Counted from the stretch's first letter, positions 1 to 12,095 are shown. The stretch: DNA of 64,000 nucleotides from Octopus sinensis (GCF_006345805.1 NC_043013.1:31682001-31746000), one strand, 5' to 3'. Translations and numbers: made by a program. The notes: generated by a model from the sequence alone, not told the origin.

Positions 1-1669
1 AGAATAATTACACATCACAAATTTAACGACAGAAACGTTAATCGTCCGAGATAAGCGATTTGAAATGATGTGCAATTCTATAGTGTGTTCAAACTGATGA
101 AAAGATGTCCAGTTAATGTGCGTTACCACAAAGCAGTGACACTTGATAAATATCTGAGTATCGTGTAGACCTAGTGAACATTGTATGTCACGTAGGTAAC
201 TATTTATGGAATTCATAAATCCCATTACTTATATCTTTGGCATAAAGATAAAAATCAGTTGTTTATATGTATCTCTAAATTCGAAATTTTATATAATCTA
301 TGACGTTTATATCTATTGCGACGATGTAATACACTGAAACCAAAGAATTGCGGAATGAAAATTTAAGCATTCATTAAAGCAATGCTGCTAGTTTATGAAA
401 CATTTTAAGAGAAAATATTCTTGAATTATCATATATTTTCTCCAAAGGTATAAGTCTATTTCTTGTGACAAAGAACGTCTACTGAAATGAATAGATACGA
501 GGAAAATACATATTTCGGACTGCAAATTATACAATTATATTTTCAAAACGTTGAGATTAGCGTTACGCTATTTCCGATATTCTTACACTTTCAAAGTTCT
601 TTAGCAAGACTTAATGCGTTGAATAGTTTCCCTGATATAAATCAGATAGAAAGTTTCCCGAAAAAAAAATAGAAAATCAACAGTGTAGAAAATTTGAAAA
701 GTAATATGATTATATATAGTTTGCAAATGCCTTTGTGTCAGACAAGTAATACATATCCAATATATCGAAATACATAATTCAGAAGAAATATCGTCACAGA
801 TATACGCAACAGTAATAGCCCAATCAGATAAATTAGAAACACGAAGTGTTGTAGATTAAATCATCATATATTTGTTATATAAAAATTTCCATGGTTGTAG
901 CATAAAGGTTACAACCTGAACACTTTTCGTCTATTATATAACATTTTCTAGATAAACGCTCTTTCTTTTCTCTCTTTAACTTTCAATTTTTCAACATACA
1001 AACACGCACACCAATACATACATATACAGATTAAAGTAGGAAGTGATATCTTTACCAAAGATTTTATTCTAATTGAGCCAGAGTAAATGTATTGTAACTT
1101 TACAAGTTCCATAATACGCTCTCATAGACATAAAAAAAACACTAATAGATACTATTTTTAAAAATCTAGATGAAATTGAATGGAAAAGCATCATAGCATT
1201 ATATAGTTTCAGTAACAGAGCATTTCGCATGCATTTTATCGGTTGTTCAAATTTGCTCATATACCGACTTTGGCACTTATAATAATTTTACTTTCTTTTT
1301 TCTATTCACAACGTTTATTTTGTAAATATATTCAGTTTAATATTGATGGACAAACTAATGAAACGACAATGAATGTAAACACAAACGCACATAGCAGACA
1401 GCTCTGGCATACACATATGTGCACGCACAATTTCACACAATTATAACCATATATGATGGATGTTAAAGTCGGCTATGTTGCTATTATTACAGTATTTTTA
1501 ACAAGAAAAGTTATTCTAACATAACTTAGCGTCGGAGACGTTAAATGAAGAACATATAAATATGAACGAAGAATTATTTCAATGCAAACGCAAAGTTCTT
1601 GTCAACAATTCTAGAAACCTCGTTGTCAACGTGCGATTCGTTCAATTTGCTTATGCCTAATAGATCAAC

Positions 1670-1952
1670 GTGAAGGTGCAATGACCCAGTGGTTAGGGCA
1701 GCGAACTCGTGGTCGGAGGATCGCGGTTTCGATTCCCTGGCCGGGCGTTGTGTGTGCTTATTGAGCGAAAATACCTAAAAAGCTCCACAAGGCTTCGGCA
1801 GGGCGGGGTGGCGACCTCTATTGTACTCTTTCTCCACAACTCTCTCTCACTCTCTTTTCCTGTTTCTTGAGTAATGCTGCGACGGACTGGCATCACAGAA
1901 ACCAGGAGACCGGGCCCATGAGCCTGGCTAATCTTGAAAATGGGTGACGTTT
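1670..1952 (+). mobile_element. tRNA-derived SINE (SINE-C) with 12-bp target-site duplication
   Basis: A-box-like TGACCCAGTGGTTAGG and B-box-like GGTTTCGATTCCC head; TAATAGATCAAC repeated at 1658-1669 and 1953-1964; same head recurs on the minus strand near 44030-44150. Confidence 0.85.
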
Positions 1953-2055
1953 TAATAGATCAACAATGATGTGGTCTACAAAATATATATTTTTGCTCGC
2001 AGTTTAACAGAACCTCTTATGTTTTATTTAAAGCATCTCTTTTGGTTTTTACACG

Positions 2056-2415
2056 CTTCAGTCTCTTGACAGCGGCCATGCTAGAGCACCGTCTTAAAGT
2101 GTTTTAGTCGAATAAATCTACCCCAGGACTTATTCTTCGCAAGCCTACAACTTATTCTATCCTATTTTTTTTCCGAACAACAGGGAATTAAACACACCAG
2201 CATCGGTTGTCAAGCGATAGGGACAAACACAGAAACAACTCAGTCAAATACACGGATGCGCACACGCACATACACACATATTACACGACGGGCTTCATTC
2301 ACTTTCTGCCCTCCAAATCCACTCACGAGGCTTTGGTTGGTCCGAAGCTACTTTAGAAGACACTTGCCACTAGTGGGACTGAACCGGAACCATGTGATCT
2401 GTAAGCAAACTTCTT
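2056..2415 (-). mobile_element. SINE-A copy (tRNA head, CORE-like body, LINE-derived tail), decayed
   Basis: Reverse complement of the SINE-A motifs seen at 18559-18999 (GGCCATGCTAGAGCACCG, CCAAATCCACTCAC, GAAGACACTTGCC). Confidence 0.85.
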
Positions 2416-2443
2416 GTTATAGTAAATATAATATAAATATATT

Positions 2444-2545
2444 ATATATGTAATATAATATAATATATAAATATAGTATATATGTAATATAATATAATAT
2501 ATAAATATAGTATATATGTAATATAATATAATATATAAATATAGT
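2444..2545. repeat. 34-bp AT-rich minisatellite, 3 copies
   Basis: ATATATGTAATATAATATAATATATAAATATAGT starts at 2444, 2478 and 2512. Confidence 0.85.
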
Positions 2546-3073
2546 GTCTGCAGCTCCCTGACTCCTGCAACATTCTGATTGTTCATGCACCACATTGTGT
2601 AGGTTTATTTATTTATCTAGTGCTGTAGAGTATTACATGTTCGATGACGAACCCATTGGCATTGTGGATTCATATTGAGATAAAGCATTGCTATAATTAT
2701 AATCCATATTTCCGAAAGTAGATTTAAAATACAAAAATGTGAGGGGGATCGCGTGAACTGCATTATTTGACATGAGTGGAATCTCTCACATGGACTTGTG
2801 TTGCATTTAATCACCTGTACATATATCGGTCACGAGAAATGATTGTGCAGAAACATATCACATTTTGGATATAAAATTACATTTTGAAAATATGAGTGGC
2901 GGGGAGGGGGTGTATGTATACACATATATACTTATATATACATATGTAATATTTGTATCTATCTCTCAATCTGTCTGTCTGTTTGTGTATTTATCTGTCC
3001 ATTATCGATCTATCTATATATGTATTTTTATATACATACATAAGCACAGACAAACACATGTATATATATATGT

Positions 3074-3160
<87 letters not shown>

Positions 3161-3197
3161 AAGTTGGTTTGTAAAACACGTGGTTGAATATATAGAA

Positions 3198-3950
3198 AAT
3201 AGTAAAAAGTGAAAAAACTACAGAAGGCTTGTTTTAAAAGGTTAAAAAATATATATTTGAGTCAATATGTCTGAAGAATATTATAAATTTTTTTCTTACA
3301 ATGACATAGTTTAGAAGAAATGACCTGTTTCGCGTTCAGCTTTTCAAATTTCTTACATCGTTATGTTTATGTTGAGAAGAGCTATCGTTATGTTTATGTT
3401 GAGAAGAGTTCTAGATAAGGGGAGGTAATAACTCAGATGTAGATGCACACTGCATCGACAACAGATTGCATTCCCAGAATACAGAATGATACCTTTTAGT
3501 GAGCACATTGAGAAATGCGCAAAGCAACTACTACCACAATTTTAATCTTTCCATTTTACCAATGTGCTATCGGAACACCAACACAAATTAGACTAAACAA
3601 GGAAACATTCTTCATTGAAAAGTACAAGCCCAGACTTAACCATTCCAACATACTTATACAGAGAAATTCACCCCCAAAAAAAGGCAAAATATTTTAAGCG
3701 ATTATCACCCTTACACCGGAAGAAATCACATATTACTCCCCTTATCTAGAACTCTTCTCAACATAAACATAACGATAACTCTTCTCAACATGTAAGAAAT
3801 TTGAAAAGCTGAACGCGAAACCGGTCATTTCTTCTAAACTATGTCATTGTAAGAAAAAAATGTATAATATTCTTCAGACATATTGACTCAAATATATATT
3901 TTTTAACCTTTTAAAACAAGCCTTTTGTAGTTTTTTCACTTTTTACTATT
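3198..3950 (+). mobile_element. Penelope-like element remnant: inverted pseudo-LTR + GIY-YIG C-terminus + pseudo-LTR
   Basis: 3198-3430 is the reverse complement of 3731-3950. The spacer (about 3432-3640) translates as LRCRCTLHRQQIAFPEYRMIPFSEHIEKCAKQ, then after a frameshift IFPFYQ...RLNKETFFIEKYKPRLN, typical of the PLE GIY-YIG C-terminus. Confidence 0.8.
3794..3833 (+). ncRNA. Degenerate minimal type-I hammerhead motif in PLE pseudo-LTR (mirror copy 3315-3354, minus strand)
   Basis: AAGAAAT-TTGAAAA-GCTGAACGC-GAAA-CCGG-TC-ATTTCTT: 7-bp stem I, 2-bp stem II, palindromic stem III and GUC site; core CUGANGA altered to UUGAAAA. Confidence 0.5.
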
Positions 3951-4918
3951 ATATATATATAAATTCCTGCGATCGCTATAAGCACGGGTGCTTCTGTGAC
4001 CACATGTCCATATGAGAGATTCCCCTTACAGCAATTCTTGTGATATCAGTCATTGATGAAATGAGCTCAAACTCACCAAGAGGCCCGATGGATTCCCAGC
4101 AATCCTCCAAAAGGAATGCAAACGGGCTCTAGCAACACCACTTTAGATTCACTTCCAGCTTCCCCACAACAGGGAGGCTTCCCCAGAAGTTAAAGGAAGG
4201 CATGATATGCGCTATCCGTAAAGGAGTTAGCAGAGCAGATGCTAAGAATTATAGACCTGTCTCTCTAACTTCACATGTAATCAAAGTCATGGAACGCATT
4301 GTCAAGAAGAACCTAATTGCATTCCTTGAAGATAATGACTTGCCTCCTGACACCCAACATAACTTTGGTTCAGGAAGAAGCTGCCTTTCAGAGCTTTTGC
4401 AGCACAATGTCTGGGTGTTGAAATAATTTATGAATCGCTCAAACATGGTTGTGATATTCTAGACTTTGCAAAGTCCTTTGCTAAGCTTAATCATGGGATG
4501 TCATGTCACAAACTAGGGAGACTCGGCTTAACTGAGAAAATTGAAACGTTGTTGCGTGATGCCAAGCTGTTGCAGCCAACGGAACCTTCTCCACGGAGAC
4601 AGTAATAGAAAATGGAGTCCATCAGTGAACTGTATTGGGGCCGCTCCTGTTCACTGTAGCTCTTTCAGGCTTAACAGCAGTTACACAGACAGCCACACTT
4701 ACTAGCTAAGCCGATAACAACACAAGTAGTACAAGTAGTCTAGAAACCTTCTGATGCTAATCTTCTACAGAAATACCTAGATGCCATATATATTATATAA
4801 AACTTTTTAAAAACTATTTCTAATACTTAAAGAAAACCTCTCTCATATAGTGTTTGCTCAATTCAACTCACGAAAGTATGGGGGTAGAGACATTAAAAAA
4901 TCAAATGCAAAGGTTATT

Positions 4919-4971
4919 TGAGAACGTACGTTTCAAGATTAGTCAAACTCGACATTTCTATCATCAGCTCA
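4919..4971 (-). ncRNA. Type-I hammerhead ribozyme candidate in the inverted 557-bp unit (copy 1)
   Basis: Reverse complement of the 5731-5783 motif (TGAGAACGTACGTTTC...TCATCAGCTCA). Confidence 0.7.
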
Positions 4972-5730
4972 GAACTCCCTGGTTTGGATTTGAAAACACT
5001 GAAAGTGGGAGCATACCCTTTCGGCTTCTTATCGCTTCTGAAGATCTGCTCGAAACTAACAGTGCCAGCAAACTCAAAAATGCAAGCGAAGAATTTCTGC
5101 TCTCCCCTTCCACCAGTGTGGGTTAAAATCAGTAAACACTATGCTTTTTTCGGTAAAATCCGAGGCATTATATAGAGAGAGATGAATTATAATTTCAACA
5201 ATTGAGGGTAAAATTAATTAATTAATCAATTTCACCAAGTATTCAGTATGCAAAGGGACCATTTAAGGCGAATTCAAATTATTACATTATATAAAAGGGC
5301 TTAGTAAAATAAATTACTTTGCCGCATACTGAACTCATTAGAAATAGCAGCTAAAAAAACTTTTTTAAAACTATTTCTAATACTTAAAGAAAACCTCTCT
5401 CATATAGTGTTTGCTCAATTCAACTCACATTCGCCTTAAATGGTCCCTTTGCATACTGAATACTTGGTGAAATTGATTAATTAATTAATTTTACCCTCAA
5501 TTGTTGAAATTATAATTCATCTCTCTCTATATAATGCTTCGGATTTTACCGAAAAAAGCATAGTGTTTACTGATTTTAACCCACGCTGGTGGAAAGGGGA
5601 GAGCAGAAATTCTTCGCTTGCATTTTTGAGTTTGCTGGCACTGTTAGTTTCGAGCAGATCTTCAGAAGCGATAAGAAGCCGAAAGGGTATGCTCCCACTT
5701 TCAGTGTTTTCAATCCAAACCAGGGAGTTC

Positions 5731-5783
5731 TGAGCTGATGATAGAAATGTCGAGTTTGACTAATCTTGAAACGTACGTTCTCA
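5731..5783 (+). ncRNA. Type-I hammerhead ribozyme candidate in the 557-bp unit (copy 2)
   Basis: TGAG-CTGATGA-[T AGA...GTC GAGTTT GAC...TCT T]-GAAA-CGTACG-T-T-CTCA: exact core, palindromic stem III, GUU site, stem I TGAG/CTCA extendable through an internal loop (GTT/AAC). Confidence 0.7.
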
Positions 5784-6288
5784 AATAACCTTTGCATTTG
5801 ATTTTTTATGTCTCTACCCCCATACTTTCGTGAGTTGAATTGAGCAAACACTATATGAGAGAGGTTTTCTTTAAGTATTAGAAATAGTTTTAAAAAAGGT
5901 TTTTTTAGCTGCTATTTCTAATGAGTTCAGTATGCGGCAAAGTAATTTATTTTACTAAGCCCTTTTATATAATGTAATAATTTGAATTCGCCTTAAATGG
6001 TCCCTTTGCATACTGAATACTTGGTGAAATTGATTAATTAATTAATTTTACCCTCAATTGTTGAAATTATAATTCATCTCTCTCTATATAATGCCTCGGA
6101 TTTTACCGAAAAAAGCATAGTGTTTACTGATTTTAACCCACGCTGGTGGAAAGGGGAGAGCAGAAATTCTTCGCTTGCATTTTTGAGTTTGCTGGCACTG
6201 TTAGTTTCGAGCAGATCTTCAGAAGCGATAAGAAGCCGAAAGGGTATGCTCCCACTTTCAGTGTTTTCAAATCCAAACCAGGGAGTTC

Positions 6289-6341
6289 TGAGCTGATGAT
6301 AGAAATGTCGAGTTTGACTAATCTTGAAACGTACGTTCTCA
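6289..6341 (+). ncRNA. Type-I hammerhead ribozyme candidate in the 557-bp unit (copy 3)
   Basis: Same motif as 5731-5783, one period downstream. Confidence 0.7.
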
Positions 6342-7855
6342 AATAACCTTTGCATTTGATTTTTTAATGTCTCTACCCCCATACTTTCGTGAGTTGAATT
6401 GAGCAAACACTATATGAGAGAGGTTTTCTTTAAGTATTAGAAATAGTTTTAAAAAAGTTTTTTTTAGCTGCTATTTCTAATGAGTTAAGTATGCGGCAAA
6501 GTAATTTATTTTACTAAGCCCTTTTATATAGATGCCATATATAAATGGGCTGAGGACAGCAACGTGCTTTAATGCAGGCAAATTCCAAGTTCTCCGCTAC
6601 CAGCTAATTGGTGCTCAGAAGTTACAACAGCGATATTTTGGACCAAAAGGAGAAGCATTACAAGAACCACCTACGGTGCATGATCTTGGGATTGATATGA
6701 GAAACGATGCCTCGTTTCACACACATAACACGGAGATGGTGACAGTGTACAGGCGAATGGTCAAGTGGATTATGAGGACCTTCAAAACAAGGGACCAGGA
6801 AACTATGCTGGTCCTATGAACGGCATTTGTCCTCGGCCATCTGGACTATTGCTCTCATCTGTTGCCACCTTACAATGTCAGATTAATAGCGAAACTTGAG
6901 GTACTTCAGGGAACAGCTGAGCTACTGGGGGAGACTGAGAGAGCTACGACTCTACTCCCTAGGACGAAGATGGGAGATGTATGCAGTGATATATATGCTG
7001 AAGGTACTAGAGCGGCTGGCACTAAAGTTTGGAATTGAAAGCTATACCAGACCTCGAATTTGACGTCACTGCAATGTTCCAAAGTCCCAGCTGTCCCATC
7101 TAAGGTAAGAATCATGTACTGCAATAGCTATTTGGTGCCTTGTCAAAACATCCGAGGGATTTCAATGGAGTCGGGATAGATGTTTTTAAGAAACAACTTG
7201 ACCTCTCGCTGTCAAAGAACCCAGATGAACCAATATCCAGGCAGGAACTCAAAATAGGGCAGAGTGTCGAACTCCCTCTTTCACAAAAGCCAATCACATA
7301 TAATTGGCCAAATAAAAACGTGATTACACTGGCGGTGCCCCAGCATAGCCACAGCCTTAGTGCTGAAACATACAAAAGAATGAAATAATATATATACATA
7401 TATAGATTATTTACCGGGGCTATTACCAATGACATTAAATTGTGCGCACTAATAAATATATTATATATTGCATATTGGCGAATGCGGCCTCTAGGAATAT
7501 ATTTAACAAATAGATATTATATCACCTTACAAAAAGCAGACGTTTCTCATTAAATTTCTGTCTGGTTTCTTCAAATTATTTGCGTCGTATCGTTTACATT
7601 TCCTTTATTTCACTTTTCATCATTTATAACAAACAAGATTGATCTTTTTCTTTATTATTATATTATTTACATATATATATTTCTGGATTTTTAAAAAATG
7701 TTCATGACTAAAGTTTGTTATGCAGATCATACACGTGTGTGGGTGTGTGGGGGTGTGGGTGTGTGGGGGTGTGGGTGGGTGGGGGTGTGGGTGTGTGCGT
7801 GTGTGTGTGCGCGCATGTGTGCGCGCATGTGTGCGTGTATGTGTGTGTGCGCGCG

Positions 7856-7891
<36 letters not shown>

Positions 7892-8895
7892 TCTCTCTAT
7901 ATATATATATATAAGTTCAGTAAAATTTACATTCAGATGTATATGGTACTTAAGTTAAAGGCACCAGAATTTAGTATGGTATTATCCATATAATTCAAAA
8001 TGAGGTGATTATAATCAAAATAAGCAACAAGGATATCCAGAGGTAATGCAGTACGATCGTTTCATGCGACTCCATTTAATTGAACAACACAAATATTACA
8101 TCAATTTAAAATGAAGAGCAATCTTCAGCTGCTTAAAAATACAAAATTTCGTTAAATTTGAAGGACTCATTTGTATGATTTTCTTTTGATCCAAAATCAC
8201 TAAGAGGATAAGTTGATAGACAAAGAACATGCTTTATGAATAACATCACAGTTGTAAGTGAGATCTTTTAAAAAAAGACACTGCTTAACACTGATTATTT
8301 CTGTTATCCAGATTTACTAGTGGGGGGGTATGTATATATATATGTGTGTGTGTGTGTGTGGATATGTATATATATATATGCATATATATATATATGCATA
8401 TATATATATATGCATATATATATATATGCATATATATATGTGCGTCTATGTTAGCGTGCATTTCTGTATATGTCTATGTATATGTGCATAAATATACATA
8501 TGTATGTATCTATGCTTGTATGTATTTATCTCCCTATCTACCGGTCTATCTATCTATTTATCTATCTATTTATTTGTCTATCTACCTTTTTATATAGCTA
8601 GTTAGATAACATAGACACATGTGTTTTCGGCGTTGGATAACTATGTGGTACCTTTCATAAAAAATGACCGCGAAATATCAATGACCGTCACACACTTTAC
8701 TTCGTGGACGGTTTGATTCCACCTCGTTTTGATGTACGACTCATTTTTTAGCACAACACATTATTAAATGCTTCCCACCACATGAAGTATCGCATCTTCA
8801 CAGAGTTCAAATGGTGTTCATAAATAAATATGTAATGTTCATAGAGTTTCCATCAATAACTTGCTTCAAACACTACACTTGATTCGAATATACAA

Positions 8896-8949
<54 letters not shown>

Positions 8950-9058
8950 TATATACACAACGCACACAAATGATAAGAAAACTAAAAACATTCTTGAGCG
9001 CATCTTTAATGATTCGTTACAATCGTTTCTCTACGAAACGAGCTGAAGATGAAAGTAA

Positions 9059-9182
9059 AGAAGAAGAAGAAGAAGAAGAAGAAGAAGAAGAAGAAGAAGA
9101 AGAAGAAGAAGAAGAAGAAGGTGGAGGACGAGGGCGAGGAGGATGAGGCGGAAGTGGAGGAGGAAGAGGAGGTGGAAGAGGG
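9059..9182. repeat. (GAA)n microsatellite with GA-rich low-complexity extension
   Basis: About 20 GAA units followed by GAGGAG-type sequence. Confidence 0.9.
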
Positions 9183-9494
9183 GAGTGAAATACTATTAAG
9201 CAGATAACTTGACTACATCCCAGGAATCTAATAATGAGGATATTGATGATGTTTGTGGGTTGGGTAGTGTGGTCAGTGGTAGGGTGGCATAAATCGCCTC
9301 TCAGCTAGCAGACCTCCTTTCTGTCTCTAGAGCGTGTAGACTAGAGAAGAGATGCAAAAATAAAAAAAAGAGAAGGAAATCTAAATGGAGTAGTTGTGGC
9401 CTAAGAGTTACAGCAGAAACTGGGAATTTATAGTTTAATGACAGAGGGATCAGAAGAACTATAATTTGTGTAAGTTCGAACATAAATGGCTAAA

Positions 9495-9563
9495 TATTGG
9501 GTTGGTACATAATTATTGCAACTTTTGTCAATAAATTTTATTCAACAAAAATAATAACATGTA
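9495..9563 (+). mobile_element. Left end of mariner-derived MITE
   Basis: TATTGGGTTGGTACATAATTATTGC matches the TIR of the 14792 and 36249 copies. Confidence 0.7.
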
Positions 9564-9599
9564 TATATATACATATATATATACATACATATATATAAG

Positions 9600-9813
9600 C
9601 GCATGTGTGACTGTGAGGTAAGAAGTTTGCTTCCCAACCACATTGTTTCGAGTTCAGTTCTACTGCGTGTCACCTACGGCAGGCGTCTTCTAATACAGCT
9701 TCGGGCCGACCAAAGCCCTCTGAGTGGATCTGGTAGGGAGAAACGGGAAGAATCACATCGCATGTATAAACATGTGTGTGTGCGTGTCTGTCTATGCGTT
9801 TGTGTGCGTGTGT

Positions 9814-9874
<61 letters not shown>

Positions 9875-10015
9875 GCCATCGCTTGATGGTGGTTGCTTAT
9901 GTCATTGTAGCTTAGCGAGCTATAGATTAAGCGCTTGGCTTACAAAGAGTTAGTGCTGGTGCCGATCTCTTCGACGGAAACACTTTAAGGCAGTTTCCCA
10001 GCATGGCCGCAATCA
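9600..10015 (+). mobile_element. SINE-A copy, diverged, with internal (TG)n
   Basis: Head GGTAAGAAGTTTGCTTCCCAACCAC, CGGGCCGACCAAAGCC, tail CCAGCATGGCCGCA. Confidence 0.8.
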
Positions 10016-10024
10016 TGTAAAATG

Positions 10025-10092
<68 letters not shown>

Positions 10093-10232
10093 AATGTAAT
10101 ATGTGGCAATTATTCCGAAACTCGGAGTTTTATCATGACTACCGAATAATTGTCACATATTACATTTACAGATAAATTCCTCTATTTACATAATATCGAG
10201 GTTTCTTTCTTTCTTTTGTTGTCTTACCATTT

Positions 10233-10764
<532 letters not shown>

Positions 10765-10820
10765 ATATATAATATATATAATATATATTATATATATGTT
10801 ATATATATATAATATATGTC

Positions 10821-10892
<72 letters not shown>

Positions 10893-11578
10893 ATTTTATA
10901 CATGCACATTTATACGTTACGGCGCATAATATCAACATCATGAATGAAACACCCCTCAATCATTTACATGTTAGTTTACGAATTTATGTTCTAGCGTCAC
11001 GTAATATAAACAACGTCCGTAGTTTTTGTAGTGTTATATAGTTACAAATAACAAAATTAATGATACACATTTGAGAAAATAATCCTTTTGAACTACATAT
11101 GTTACACACAAACAATCATAAATGTACACGAGGAAGAGAAAGGAAAAGAAACAGTTTTATGGATTTCCTTTCAGAAACCTAGAATAATAACTAACGCAAT
11201 ATCTGTTAAAAGATAAATTTTGTGATGTAAAATACAGTTCTGAATGTATGTGACAATGATTTTCTTGACAGCGATCGATCATTTCATATGATATCCATTT
11301 ATCATGGGGAATTTTTAAAATTCTCAAATTTCATTTTTTGAGGTAATGTCATTACTTTGATGTATATGTGATATTTTTTTATAGCTTTCATCAAAAGTTC
11401 GTTAATATCTTGTATGAATGCGAGTATGGCTTCTTGGTTTAGCTGTTCTGTTCACAACCCCAGAATTCCATGTTTGACATCAATATGGAATACGTTGACC
11501 GTTAAGTTCTGTGTTGTGTGTGTTTACGCGTATGTATGTTGGCAAAAATATATGCATATACACGTATACGTACATGCC

Positions 11579-11615
<37 letters not shown>

Positions 11616-11625
11616 ATATTATATA

Positions 11626-11669
<44 letters not shown>

Positions 11670-11677
11670 TATATATA

Positions 11678-11995
11678 CGTGGCATCTTGGGCAAGTGTTT
11701 TTAACGTAGCCTCGGGCCGACCAAGGCCTTGTGAGTGGATTTGGTAGACGGAAACTGAAAGAAGCTTTCGTATGTGTATATGTATGTATGTATTTGTGTG
11801 TCTGTGTTTGTCCAAACACCATCGCTTGACAAGCAATGTTGCTGTGTGTACGTCCCCGTAACTGAAAGGTTTCGGGAAAATAACCGATAGAATAAATACC
11901 AGGCTTACAAAGAATAAGTCCTGGGGTCGAATTGTTTCACTAAAGGTGGTGCTCCCGCATACCCGCAGTCAAATGACTGAAACAAGTAAAAGAAA
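11678..11995 (+). mobile_element. SINE-A copy, 5'-truncated
   Basis: Starts at CGTGGCATCTTGGGCAAG and ends GACTGAAACAAGTAAAAG. Confidence 0.85.
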
Positions 11996-12095
11996 AAACT
12001 ATAAAAAATGAAGTATATATGTCGTTACTGATATGTTAAGCTGTCGTATGTCTAAATTTGGCCAAATGCAATTTTCTCAAAATCTATTTTTGCTT

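Larger units (their letters stand above)
4793..6528. mobile_element. Insertion of about 3.1 copies of a 557-bp hammerhead-bearing unit (1.13 copies inverted + 1.98 tandem copies), 15-bp TSD
   Basis: Period about 557 bp (AACTTTTT at 4801 and 5358; ATTCGCC at 5429 and 5986); strand switch at 5428/5429; TAGATGCCATATATA duplicated at 4778-4792 and 6529-6543. Confidence 0.9.
4045..7385 (+). mobile_element. CR1/L2-like non-LTR retrotransposon, RT and 3' end, decayed and interrupted by the 4793-6528 insertion
   Basis: Frames give GPDGFPAILQKEC, KNYRPVSLTSHVIKVMERIV, QHNFGSGRSCLSELLQH, LQKYLDAIY|KWAEDSN across the insertion, FNAGKFQVLRY, VHDLGIDM, HLDYCS, DVFKKQLDLSLSKNPDEP; ends in tail GGCGGTGCCCCAGCATAGCC...GCTGAAAC. 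Confidence 0.85.

Noticed and set aside
1675-1745. tRNA genes at SINE heads
   Set aside because: A and B boxes are present but there is no complete cloverleaf, and each continues into a SINE body.
5033-5070. Second hammerhead-like core on the opposite strand of the 557-bp unit (CTGAAGA at 5038-5044, GAAAC at 5052-5056), which would imply ribozymes in both polarities
   Set aside because: Stem II (TCTGCTC) does not pair, the putative cleavage triplet ends in G, and stem I is not convincing.
4854-5175. ORFs of 60-110 aa in the 557-bp unit
   Set aside because: No recognisable domain, and reading frames differ between copies because of single-base indels.
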